Made by a program: the position numbers and the translations under genes
Shown: one piece after another, positions 9,623 to 20,200 of the stretch
Position numbering within the stretch: position 1 is the first letter of the stretch
Layout: every line of letters begins with the position of its first letter
From: an uncultured virus (IMG/VR IMGVR_UViG_3300025011_000036)
Taxonomy: Duplodnaviria; Heunggongvirae; Uroviricota; Caudoviricetes
DNA: 64,000 bases
IMG/VR virus record: IMGVR_UViG_3300025011_000036
Direction: 5' to 3' (one strand)
The notes under the pieces: generated by a model
Database searches by the model: none
What the model saw: only the letters and a program-made list of their open reading frames with translations
What the model was told of the DNA's origin: nothing

Positions 9623-11293
9623 GTGGTTGGAAAAGATTGGGAAGACGGATTCTTTATGGGAATAGCGGTAGGGAGTACAGCGGAAACATCAAGTGATGAT
9701 ACTACAGCTTATGTTCCTCCATCGGATTGGATAAATATAGACAATTGCGATGCTGGTAATATCAATTTATTAGTTGCGGATACATCGATAGCGACATACG
9801 CGTTTGTTTGCACTACGTCCTCTGGTCAATATCATGTAGATTGGGGAGATGGAACAAGTTCGAATGTGGATGGTGGATCAACAGCTCAACATACTTATGC
9901 TATTGGAACAGGACAAGTTTGCAGTAGGGGATATACTACTTTTAAGGTAGTCATAAGTCCGGTAATTGGAAATCTGTTATCCTTTAAAGTAACTAATCAC
10001 TCGTTGGCAAATTCCCCACAGACGTATGGTATATTAGCTTGCAAATGTGGAGCAATCTATATTGCGTCTTTATCTAATGCCTTTTATGGAAGTACAAATC
10101 CGGTAGTTAAATGCACATCATTAGAGTGGTTTAAGACCTCTGGAACATTAGTATCCTGTCTGAATACAACTAGTATGCTTGGGTATTGCTCATCGTTGCA
10201 AGACGTAGACTTATCGGGGTTTACCTCAGTAACCAATGCCACGGATATGTTTGCTTACTGTTACTCTATACTAGATATTGACATAAGCCCCATGGTTTCC
10301 TTGGTTAATATTTATCAAACATTTTCCAATTGTAGTGCATTACAAACCTTAAACGCAAAGGGATTAGCCAACATAACAACTATAGGTAGCACATTTCTCA
10401 ATTGTCAATCTTTGAAGAATGTAGATATGAGCGGCATGACGAGCCTACAGTCAACTACGCGAATGTTTGAAAACTGCCGTTCGTTAAAAAGCGTTTCCAT
10501 GGATGGTTTATCTTCCGTTTCAACTTCCGATTATATGTTTAGCGGGTGCAATTCTCTTCTAGAGGCAGATCTAAGCTCTATGACATCTCTTTATAATGCT
10601 TCATCGATGTTTTATTATTGTTATGCATTAAAAAAAGTAAACCTATCTGGCCTTGGAAAATTATTTTACGCTAACGCCATGTTTGGCAGTTGTTTTTCGT
10701 TACCAGATGCCGACCTAAGCTATATGGCATCATTGGGTCGTACCCCAGGAATGTTCTTGAATTGTTATAACCTACAGAGCGTTAATCTATCCGGACTTAA
10801 TAAGATTACAGATTCTCAACAGATGTTCGACCACTGCTTTGCGATTCAATACGCAGATATAAGCGATATGATATTAGTAAATACAGCTAGTTCTATGTTT
10901 GCTTATTGCTATTCCTTACAATCTATTAGCTCGAACGGTTTTTCTACCAGTGCTACATCACTGGTTGCGGATAAAATGTTTTCGTTTTGCGAGCAACTAG
11001 CAACTATTGATTTATCGAGTGCCAAGTTGACGTATTTTGAAGCTAATGGTTCATCTGGATTCGTAACTAAGCTTACAAGTTTCATCTTTCATTCATCTAG
11101 TACGTTTGCGTATTCGAGTATTACGCAGACACTAAACTTATCGTATACAAGTCTTTCTAATACAGCTATAGACGCTATATTTACAGCTTTACCAAACGTT
11201 GTATCCAAAACGGTAAACATCACAGGATCAACAGGGGCGGCAACATGCACTAGGTCAATTGCTACAGCTAAAGGGTGGACGGTCACTGGTTAA
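9623..11293 (+). CDS. BspA/DUF285-like leucine-rich-repeat protein
   Basis: About 11 repeats of 'MFxxCxSLxxxDLSxxxxxxxAxx'; N-terminal 'VDWGDG'. Confidence 0.8.
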   Translation: MVGKDWEDGFFMGIAVGSTAETSSDDTTAYVPPSDWINIDNCDAGNINLLVADTSIATYAFVCTTSSGQYHVDWGDGTSSNVDGGSTAQHTYAIGTGQVCSRGYTTFKVVISPVIGNLLSFKVTNHSLANSPQTYGILACKCGAIYIASLSNAFYGSTNPVVKCTSLEWFKTSGTLVSCLNTTSMLGYCSSLQDVDLSGFTSVTNATDMFAYCYSILDIDISPMVSLVNIYQTFSNCSALQTLNAKGLANITTIGSTFLNCQSLKNVDMSGMTSLQSTTRMFENCRSLKSVSMDGLSSVSTSDYMFSGCNSLLEADLSSMTSLYNASSMFYYCYALKKVNLSGLGKLFYANAMFGSCFSLPDADLSYMASLGRTPGMFLNCYNLQSVNLSGLNKITDSQQMFDHCFAIQYADISDMILVNTASSMFAYCYSLQSISSNGFSTSATSLVADKMFSFCEQLATIDLSSAKLTYFEANGSSGFVTKLTSFIFHSSSTFAYSSITQTLNLSYTSLSNTAIDAIFTALPNVVSKTVNITGSTGAATCTRSIATAKGWTVTG

Positions 11294-11317
11294 GAAACTA
11301 ATAAAGGTGGTGATAAT

Positions 11318-11866
11318 ATGCCTACATATGGTGCGGATATAGCAAGCGAAGAAATAAACATAACGGACGGAACTACTCTTCTTGATGCGCTTAATAAACT
11401 CATTAGCGATACGGTACTATGGTCTGATGCTGTTAAGTGGTTTAATGATGGCATTAACGAGTTAGCTAATTATCTTGAGATTGAAACGAAAAGTCAAATT
11501 ACAACAACTGCTGGAACTCTTAATTATCCAATACCTCTTGACTGCATATCTATTTACAAGGCAGATTTATCTTTCGACACATGGGGAACGGATATTATCC
11601 TATATGTAGATCCGGGTGATAGCTCATTTAATATTTACTACTATCGAAAACCTTTGTACTTAAAATATGTTACTGATGTTCCGACAGATGTTCCAAGTAC
11701 ATCACATTATGCGTTGGTCCTTTACGCAGCTATGAGGTATATGCAATCTGAGGATGATTTTGATCAGGCAAGGGAATTCGAGAAGTCCTTTGAAAAGAAA
11801 AAGAACTTGATGATTGATCAAATACAAGGTAAGGTCTATCCGTCATTTCCAACGGTGGTGTGGTGA
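11318..11866 (+). CDS. Head-tail adaptor protein
   Basis: 'WFNDGINELA', 'YYYRKP...DVPSTSHYALVLYA'; position. Confidence 0.7.
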   Translation: MPTYGADIASEEINITDGTTLLDALNKLISDTVLWSDAVKWFNDGINELANYLEIETKSQITTTAGTLNYPIPLDCISIYKADLSFDTWGTDIILYVDPGDSSFNIYYYRKPLYLKYVTDVPTDVPSTSHYALVLYAAMRYMQSEDDFDQAREFEKSFEKKKNLMIDQIQGKVYPSFPTVVW

Positions 11867-13572
11867 TGTCTGAGAAGTTACTATACGAGGTTAAGGATAT
11901 GTCTGGAGGCTTGAACGTTGGCACCAGACCTCATTTAATTAGAGATAATGAAGTTCAGGATTGTCAAAACATTGACTTATTACCGGGCCAGGCGGCAACG
12001 TGTGATGGATACGGATTGTTAAATTCCTTGTCGGCAGAAAGAATCTATAACTATGCTAAGAGAGACGGAACAGTTCAACTTGTCCAGCAAGTAGCAGATA
12101 AATTATATATTGATGGAACCTTAGTGAAGTCCGGCATTGTCGGGCTTCTTTCTTTTGAGACGTATCAGAATTTATTATTTTGCACTAACATTGAAACATC
12201 TTTTATTTGGAACGGGCTTATATCGGTATGGGGAATAGAAAAGCCTGGGACAACCTGTACAGCAACGGTGTCAGGTGATGCTGGATTACCAAATGAGGGA
12301 CGTTCGTATTACGTAACTTTTGTTAACGATCGAGGTCAAGAAAGTAATCCTTCTCCTGCTTCCAATACTGTCTCTCCTTCGTTAAAAAAGGTTGACCTAA
12401 CAGATATACCAACTGGTGAATCAAATACCGCCAAACGGAGGATATACGCCTATGCGACCATTGGTAGTACAACAGGAACATGGTTGCTCGTCGAGATAGC
12501 GGATAACACAACAACAACGTATACCGACAACATGTCCGGTAGTTCTCTTATTATTGGTAATGCTTTAGAGACTGATAATGATCCACCTACTAAGTCTAGT
12601 TATATCTTAGAGCATAAGAACCGGCTGTTCTTGGCACAGGGTTCCTTCCTTTACTTCTCCAAGCTGAATAAGCCAGAATCATTCCCTTTGTCTAACTACA
12701 TCCCCTGTAATGATGGAGGTGATAGGATCACTGGTATAAAAGTCCTAAATGATTGGGTTGTAATTTTAAAGGAACGCTCGATTCAAATGCTCTCCGTGGA
12801 AGGTGAACCGTCTTCTTGGAATTTCAAGACGATTAATGATAGTCGGGGGTGCCCTTATCCGGAAACTATTCAACTTTTGGACAACAATATAATCTTCATG
12901 GGCGTTGATGACCTATATCAGATCCAACCAACTTTGGTTCAGGACGAGAGAAGCATAGTCCCAGTTGGTACGAGGATTGAAAGCCTTCTGGTCAATGAGT
13001 CATCCCCCATCAGTGTTGACTATGACGGAAGGTATTGGCTAAAGATCAGTAAGTCAATCATAATCTACGATTATAGAAGGAATTACTTCACAAAGTATGT
13101 CTTTCCTGATGTTCCGAAGTCCTTTTGTGTGACAACTGCTAATAAACTTCTTTTTGGCACAATCAAGGGAACTATGCAGTACGGAATGAGCAAAAACTTT
13201 AATGGCGTAGCAATTAGCTCATTTGTTGTTGGTAAGGACTTCGATATGGGTAGTCGTAGTAGAATGAAAAAAATCAGGAAGATATTTGTTTATTATCGCA
13301 AGGAGACTGTTAGTGATAGTATGTATGTCCAATTCGGTACGGACAAGGTTGGTTATGGAGATAAATTAACAATAGGACTAGCTAATGGGTACATGGAATG
13401 GGGTCCTAATAGCCTGTGGGGTAGACTATGGGGAGGACAATCGTCTCCGGGTCAAGAGTCTCAAACAATATTTCAGAAAGATAATTACTTTAGAGTGAAG
13501 ATGGGAAGCGATTCTATTCCTTCTCAGTTTTACGGGTTTGGAATTATCTACAAAATAAAACGAATTAGGTAG
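11860..13572 (+). CDS. Tail nozzle / DNA stabilisation protein (P22 gp10-like)
   Basis: 'DMSGGLN', 'EHKNRLFLA..LYFS'; beta-propeller-like 570 aa after adaptor. Confidence 0.7.
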   Translation: MVMSEKLLYEVKDMSGGLNVGTRPHLIRDNEVQDCQNIDLLPGQAATCDGYGLLNSLSAERIYNYAKRDGTVQLVQQVADKLYIDGTLVKSGIVGLLSFETYQNLLFCTNIETSFIWNGLISVWGIEKPGTTCTATVSGDAGLPNEGRSYYVTFVNDRGQESNPSPASNTVSPSLKKVDLTDIPTGESNTAKRRIYAYATIGSTTGTWLLVEIADNTTTTYTDNMSGSSLIIGNALETDNDPPTKSSYILEHKNRLFLAQGSFLYFSKLNKPESFPLSNYIPCNDGGDRITGIKVLNDWVVILKERSIQMLSVEGEPSSWNFKTINDSRGCPYPETIQLLDNNIIFMGVDDLYQIQPTLVQDERSIVPVGTRIESLLVNESSPISVDYDGRYWLKISKSIIIYDYRRNYFTKYVFPDVPKSFCVTTANKLLFGTIKGTMQYGMSKNFNGVAISSFVVGKDFDMGSRSRMKKIRKIFVYYRKETVSDSMYVQFGTDKVGYGDKLTIGLANGYMEWGPNSLWGRLWGGQSSPGQESQTIFQKDNYFRVKMGSDSIPSQFYGFGIIYKIKRIR

Positions 13573-13583
13573 GTGGCATAACC

Positions 13584-15563
13584 TTGGCAATGATACAAAA
13601 TATAACCAGAGCTAATAACTTCGTTAATGGTACGCCTGCTGACGCTGAAGCTGTAGATGCTGACTTTGATGCACTCTACGAAAAGTTGTCTGAAATATTA
13701 TATGCGTTTAGTAGCGCGTCGATAGGGGAAAGCATTGCTGAAAAGATGAATTGTGCCCCGATTGACGGACTTATTGACGGTACTATTTACGAAAAGCTGG
13801 CTGACATTAAAAGCCAGCTTGGCATTGCGGTTACAGGTACGATACCCAATTCAAGCCTAGAAGCAACTAAGCTAGTTATTGAGCTACAAAGATTCCTTAA
13901 AAGCACGCGCAAGGAAAATGCAAACACCATGGCTGTCCACGATAAAAACGGACTAGCTATCCCAGGTACGAATAATATTTATGACTTATTAGATAATACG
14001 AACTCGTATTCTTGTGGTAAGCTAGATGCTACAAAGACCATGACAACTATTGCATTGAGCGTTGGAGCTACCAGTATAACAGTGGATGACGCGACCGGAA
14101 TCGTAGTTAATAATGAGTACACTATTCAGCAATCCGATAAGATGCAAAGTTTTATAGTAACCTCAGTATCTGGAAAAGTACTCACCGTCCCTGCATTAGT
14201 AAATCCGTTCGGAGTCGGTGCTATTGTGTATCGATCCAACGTTATACTCGATCAAGGAAGAATGGTATTCGGAACCGTGAGGAGCGCAAATTTCCCTGTC
14301 AAGATAACTGACCCATCATTACTTCCTGCAGGGACAGTCAATGGGGTTGCCTATTCTCCTGATGGTAAGTGGCTTGCTGTAGCCAGTGGTTCAACTCCAT
14401 ATCTAATTCTCTATAAAAGAACAGGAGATGTATTCCTAAAACAGCCAGACCTTGATGGAAAACCAACGTCTGATTGTTACTGCGTTGCTTTCTCGAAAAA
14501 TGGAAAATACTTCACAGTTGGAACTAGTGGTTCAACGACTTCTCATTATAAAATATCAGGTGATGTATTTACTAAGCTCACTCGACCTGTATCTTATCCT
14601 GCAGGAACAGTATATGGTGCTGACTACTCAGAGGACGGAACATATCTAGCCCTTTCCCAATCCTCATCCCCGTATTTGGTAATCTATAAAATAGACGATG
14701 TTGTTTTTACTAAGCTTGCTGACCCTGAGACTAAACCAACTGCGACATGCCACGGCATTAAATTTTCTCATAATGGAATTTATCTTGCCGTATCATCGGA
14801 CGCATCACCTTATGTGTTGGTTTATAAGAGAACCGGAGATGTTTTTGATAAGATTAGTAATCCGTCATCATTACCAACTGGTGATGGTAACGCATTATCA
14901 TGGGGTAAGAACGATGAGTATTTAGCGGTAGCGCACGAAGTAACTCCGTTCGTTACGATTTACAAAAGGACATCAGACACTTTTGCCAAACTAGCTAACC
15001 CATCAGTCCTGCCCACTGGAAATGCGTTCGGTGCGGACTTTAGTAAGGATGGCAGCTACCTAGCGATAGCTCACGCGGTTACTCCTTTTGTCACGATGTA
15101 TGACAGGCTAAATGATACGTTCTCTGCCCTCCCTAACCCAATTTCTCTACCAGCAGACGATGCGAAGTGCGTTACATTTGGCCTTGATGATTCGTTTCTA
15201 ACAATTGGTCATGATACTAATCCCTATATATCAACGTATAAATGCGGAACAAAGGTTGCTAATATTGATGTTCGGTATAACGTAGTCCCTGTTGATCCGA
15301 CAAAGGAAGTCTACGCATGGGTTCACCATGAAAAAGACACCAGTTTTAATATTACGCCTACGCTATCAATCGTTGACTCTGGAAGCGATGAACTATATGC
15401 ATCAATGGCGCTGAGTACTACAGAAGTAAACGACAATCTGATTATGGATTCAGTAAGAGGTTCTGCTTCTTTATCGAAAAGTAAGGTTACGTTTAAAATG
15501 GCGATCGCTAAAGGAGTAAACGTAGATAAGGCTATTACTAAAATACTTGGCTCAGTGGTTTAA
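13584..15563 (+). CDS. Tail fibre/receptor-binding protein with WD40-like beta-propeller
   Basis: About seven ~45-aa repeats 'P.G.....fS.DG.YLAva....Pyv.iYKR.gDvF.Kl.P'. Confidence 0.7.
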   Translation: MAMIQNITRANNFVNGTPADAEAVDADFDALYEKLSEILYAFSSASIGESIAEKMNCAPIDGLIDGTIYEKLADIKSQLGIAVTGTIPNSSLEATKLVIELQRFLKSTRKENANTMAVHDKNGLAIPGTNNIYDLLDNTNSYSCGKLDATKTMTTIALSVGATSITVDDATGIVVNNEYTIQQSDKMQSFIVTSVSGKVLTVPALVNPFGVGAIVYRSNVILDQGRMVFGTVRSANFPVKITDPSLLPAGTVNGVAYSPDGKWLAVASGSTPYLILYKRTGDVFLKQPDLDGKPTSDCYCVAFSKNGKYFTVGTSGSTTSHYKISGDVFTKLTRPVSYPAGTVYGADYSEDGTYLALSQSSSPYLVIYKIDDVVFTKLADPETKPTATCHGIKFSHNGIYLAVSSDASPYVLVYKRTGDVFDKISNPSSLPTGDGNALSWGKNDEYLAVAHEVTPFVTIYKRTSDTFAKLANPSVLPTGNAFGADFSKDGSYLAIAHAVTPFVTMYDRLNDTFSALPNPISLPADDAKCVTFGLDDSFLTIGHDTNPYISTYKCGTKVANIDVRYNVVPVDPTKEVYAWVHHEKDTSFNITPTLSIVDSGSDELYASMALSTTEVNDNLIMDSVRGSASLSKSKVTFKMAIAKGVNVDKAITKILGSVV

Positions 15564-15575
15564 GGAGGCGGAACG

Positions 15576-17216
15576 ATGCCAACTACAGCTTATTATTCTA
15601 ACGATGAGGATTTAGCAAGTGGCAGAAAATACCTTGGTGGAGATGTTAATTACATCAAGTGGACACCCGGGACGAGAATCAAGAAGGGGCAGCTAGGATT
15701 AGGTGGCAACGCTGTAATTCCAAACTCTGCTTATTATGGCGGTCAAGCATTGGGCGGGTACGATGCAGAAGGAACAGCTAATGAAATACAGAAATACCAA
15801 GGATTGAACAACGCAACAGCAACGGCGAATCTTCAATATGCTCCACAGATTAACCCTATTAGTTCTAAGATTCAAGGGATACAGGCTTCGATGGCTGATG
15901 CTGCACGACAAGCAGAAGCGCAAAGATTAGCGGCGAATAACCTATCCTTGGACAATGTTAATCAAATTAGAAGACTACAGGATAGCAACAGGGGACGCAC
16001 GAATGAGACGATGAATACTCGTGGTTTAATGAATTCTGGCATAAATGATTATGCTCAAGGTCAGATTAATGCCGCCGAGGGTGCAGGGTTACGGAATAAC
16101 CAAGCTCAGTTATCTCAGACGCTCAAGGGTATTCAGGATTGGTTGAGTGGCGTGCAACAGACCGGACAGGGCAATGTTGCTGACTTAGAGTCTCAAAAGG
16201 CCGGATTGTTGGCACAGGTTCCACAGTTGGCACAGAGTATTTATGATAAGCAACAAAGTGACGCTGCGGCTGCAAAATTTGAGCAAGATCAAGCTATAGC
16301 CAAGTTAATGGGCATTTATCAAGGTGCCCCAACGTTGGCTGGTCAGGAATTTACTAGAGCTGGACAACAAGCTGATAGGACTTTTGGACTACAAGAAGGA
16401 GAGTTACTTGGTAACTATCAAGGACTTCCAACTTTAGGAAGAGAGAGGATGAATCAGGATGTTAATCAGTTCTATCAAAAACAGGCGCAAGATGAAAGTC
16501 AATTTGGACGCTCTAATGCAATAGCACAACAAAGGGCTAATTATGATACAGAAGTCTCAACTGGTGGTGGAATTGTTAGTGGTGGAAGTATGCCTAAGGA
16601 ATATAGTGCGTGGGTAAATGATGCTGCTACACAAAACGGTATCCCCCCTGCTATTCTCGCAGGACTTATTGAGGCAGAATCTAGTTGGAATCCAACTGCA
16701 GTTAATAAGACTTCGGGCGCAACAGGATTAGGGCAATTCCTAAAGACTACAGGCGACGAAGAAGGCGTTAACAGAACGGATGCTAAATCATCTATTTATG
16801 GCGCTGCTGCTTATCTTGCAAAACGCATACAGCAAGCAGGTTCGTTAGAGGGCGGAGTAAAAGGCTACGGAGAGGGCACAGATGAATATCTCCAAAGGGT
16901 GCTGGCTAAGGCTAAGAATTATACAGTGAGTCAAGGAACTGCGGTTAAGTCTGACAAAAAAACTGACTCCGAGAGAACTAGGGCAGCAACCGCAGACGCG
17001 ATTACGGCAATTCAACGCGATGCCCCTAACATGACAAGGGCTGAATTTGAGAACGCTATGAATAGTATAAAAGCCCAGTTTATTAATGATGGCGTTGATC
17101 TAAGAACGGTTCAAGATGTCATTGATAGCGTGAAAACAAAAGATGAATTAGAGGCAGAACAACAAACGGTTAATACGGAAGATAAGCCATGGTGGAGTAA
17201 GTTGTTGGGGGGATAA
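15576..17216 (+). CDS. Internal virion/ejection protein with lytic transglycosylase (SLT) domain
   Basis: 'ILAGLIEAESSWNPTAV...GATGLGQF...SIYGAAAYL'; Q/A-rich coiled N-terminal half. Confidence 0.85.
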   Translation: MPTTAYYSNDEDLASGRKYLGGDVNYIKWTPGTRIKKGQLGLGGNAVIPNSAYYGGQALGGYDAEGTANEIQKYQGLNNATATANLQYAPQINPISSKIQGIQASMADAARQAEAQRLAANNLSLDNVNQIRRLQDSNRGRTNETMNTRGLMNSGINDYAQGQINAAEGAGLRNNQAQLSQTLKGIQDWLSGVQQTGQGNVADLESQKAGLLAQVPQLAQSIYDKQQSDAAAAKFEQDQAIAKLMGIYQGAPTLAGQEFTRAGQQADRTFGLQEGELLGNYQGLPTLGRERMNQDVNQFYQKQAQDESQFGRSNAIAQQRANYDTEVSTGGGIVSGGSMPKEYSAWVNDAATQNGIPPAILAGLIEAESSWNPTAVNKTSGATGLGQFLKTTGDEEGVNRTDAKSSIYGAAAYLAKRIQQAGSLEGGVKGYGEGTDEYLQRVLAKAKNYTVSQGTAVKSDKKTDSERTRAATADAITAIQRDAPNMTRAEFENAMNSIKAQFINDGVDLRTVQDVIDSVKTKDELEAEQQTVNTEDKPWWSKLLGG

Positions 17217-17219
17217 CGT

Positions 17220-20200
17220 ATGGGTTACGATTTAATCAGTGCTGGTAAAAAGAAAACTAATACTAGCAACGGATATGACTTGATGCAGTATGTTAAGCAA
17301 CCTCCGGCAACTACACAGCCTGAGTTCTACGAAAATGCCACTCCTGACTATACGAAATATCTGACTACTTCACATGCCGTTAGTTCGCCTGTTGTTCAAC
17401 CTACTCAGCCCTCAACGTGGGATCAAGTAAAAGCGGGAGACATTAAGGGTATACTTAATCAAGTAGGATTAGGTTTATCTCAAGGACTAGCCAATACCGG
17501 GGCAGCAAAGCAGAATGTAGACATTGCTAATATGCTGACGAATAATCCATTACCGGGTATGGCTGATATAGGTAGGCAACAACTAGCTGGGATACAAACT
17601 AATCAGGAATATTTAAAAGCGAATCCCGCCGAGTCTCTTCCTGCAATTATTGGGAAAGAAATTCCTAGCTTGCCTTTGTGGATGGCTGGTGAGGGAGCAG
17701 TTGGTGCGTTGGGCAAGGGTATAGGTAAATTGTTCCCCTCTGTTATTCCGGCTGCCGAGAAGGTTGGTTCTAGGATTCCTAGTTTTATCAAGGGTGGTTT
17801 GACTGACGCGGCGGCTTACGGCGGAGTAGTAGCACCTACGCAGAATATCCAAGAAGGCGGTAGTATTCGGGATCTTCTTGAGCGAGAGAAGCAGATTCCG
17901 AACATTGCATTAGGTGGTGTAGCCGCAAGGGGAGCGTTTAAAGGAATAGGTGAAGGGGCTAAACTTGGTAAAGATGTACTTGGAGAAGGTGGTTCACTCA
18001 AGCAAGCATTGGAATTAAGGAAGCTTAATATTCCTGAAATAAAGTCTAATCCTCTTGAGGATGTGCAAAACGCTTACAAAACAACTTTTTCTCTTCAAGA
18101 TATTAAATCTGCCAATCCTGTCAATCGTTCGGTTCAGCGCGGGACAGAGTTAGGAACATTGAGGGTTAGTGATAGGATTACCCCTCAATATAAAGCTAGG
18201 CAATCTGAATTGACGGATGCGTTCAAGGATCTCCCTATAGGTTCTACGAAGACCCCATTGGCACGTAATACCTTGCAGGAGAACATTGATAGCAGTATGG
18301 GTATTTCTAAGCCTACAGAGGTCTATCAGGGCTTAGATGCCTTTGGAAAACCCTTGCAGAATTATAAACTTAACACCGATGCCAAGAATACCATAGCCGA
18401 GATTACGGATAAGATGGATAAGAAGGTTCAAGATATAGCTAAATCCATGAGGCAAGCAGATGGGCAAACTAAGGTTGACTCTATCCGTAGTCAGGTTAAG
18501 GCTAGAGGTGGTATTAAGCAGGGAAACGCCGACATATTCGAAGAACAGAAAGTCATACCAAACTGGATTCGCAATGATAAGGGCGGCATGGCCCTAGATC
18601 AGATGGCAGACGAAATGAAGATGTCAGCTGATGAGTTATTGAGGGCTATAGATGATTCGGCGTATAGCAAAAAAGATTATATCACCGAGGCTTATCGTGT
18701 AGCGTACAAGGACCCTGAGTATCAGGCGTTGAGCAATACGTTGGACAAGTTGAAGGCTGATTCGCAAGGTAAGGTAAAATTACTTCGTAAGGATAAAATA
18801 ACCACTCCCGATGATTTCCCATTTCCCATTAAGGATATTCCAATAATTCGTTATCAGAAAGAAGTTGGTCCGGCAACATATTCTGACCTAAGGGGAGGAA
18901 CTTGGTATAACAGAGTAGACAATGTGCATGGCGAAAACACTGGTTACAATGCCGATGATAGCGCTGTCGGAGGGATGAATAAATTAGCAGAGAATTATAC
19001 TCCCAAAAAACCATTGTTGGTTAAGGATACGGAATCTGCTGGTGCAGGGGATGCCGCAATCAGGGCGATTAAGGGCGAGAAATATTTAGATGATGTTTAT
19101 GAGGCATACTTTGATGGTCAGGAATCAATCAATACATTGCTTAGTAAGTTTGGTATTCCTGAACAAGAAGCAACCTTATTAATGAAACATCCCGAACAGC
19201 CTCAAGTCTTATTGGATCGCGTTGGAACTGAGTTGGCGAAACAAAATGGCTACGATTCCATAGTCCATACTACCCCTAATGGATTGTATGCCGAGATTGT
19301 CAAGTTAGATAGTTCACCCGGTAGAATAAAGGCTATTGATGGTCCTATCAAGCTCAAACCACGCGAACTAACTCCAAAAACTACACCTGAAATACTCCCA
19401 ATAGAATCATTTAAAAGACTGAAACCTTCAGGTAGCTTACCTGTAGATGAAGTTCCTAGACCTGTCAAGAAACTTACTCCTGTAGCTAAGGAGAAGTTGA
19501 TTTGGACTAATAAGGATGGTATAGGGAGTTCTGGTGCAAAGATGAAGGATATTCCTAAGAGGGGAGAAGTTCCGGGTAAATTGGAGGTTGGTCCTGCCAA
19601 GGTTGAGGGTGCGAAGATTGGTGATGGGATGGATCCGAAGTTGGTTTCGTCCCGTAAAGTAGTAAACGAGGATGTCTTTTGGAATAAGGTTAAATCGCAA
19701 TCTAAGTGGCAAGGTGACATTCCGTCCTTACAGGAAGGCATTAAATCAGGACAGGTAAATATCGACGAACTTCCCCCTGAAATGGCTAAGGAAGTCAGAT
19801 TGAAAATGAACTTGCAGATGTTCGGTGCTTCAGCAGATCCTTCTCTTCCTGAACCTCAAAGTAAGATAATTATCGGCAAGCAAAAGGAAAAAATAAACTT
19901 TAAAAATGCTTGGGATAAATTTTATACAGCCATTGTTAATACTCAGCAACCTATCGCTAATGCTGCCAAAGTTACTGGGTCGGATATAGGGAAGTTGGCA
20001 AGTAATACGAAGAACGTTAGCGGTATTATTGACCACAATTTCTTAACAGCATTAGTTGATAAGCAGGGTAATAAAGTTGGGGAATCTTTAAAGTCAACTG
20101 TGGAAGCTATCCCCAAGGGGCAGGAAGAAAAGTTCTGGACCTATATGTCTCAAAGGCATAATATCGACAGGGCAAGGCAAGAAAGCCATGAAGTTCCAAA

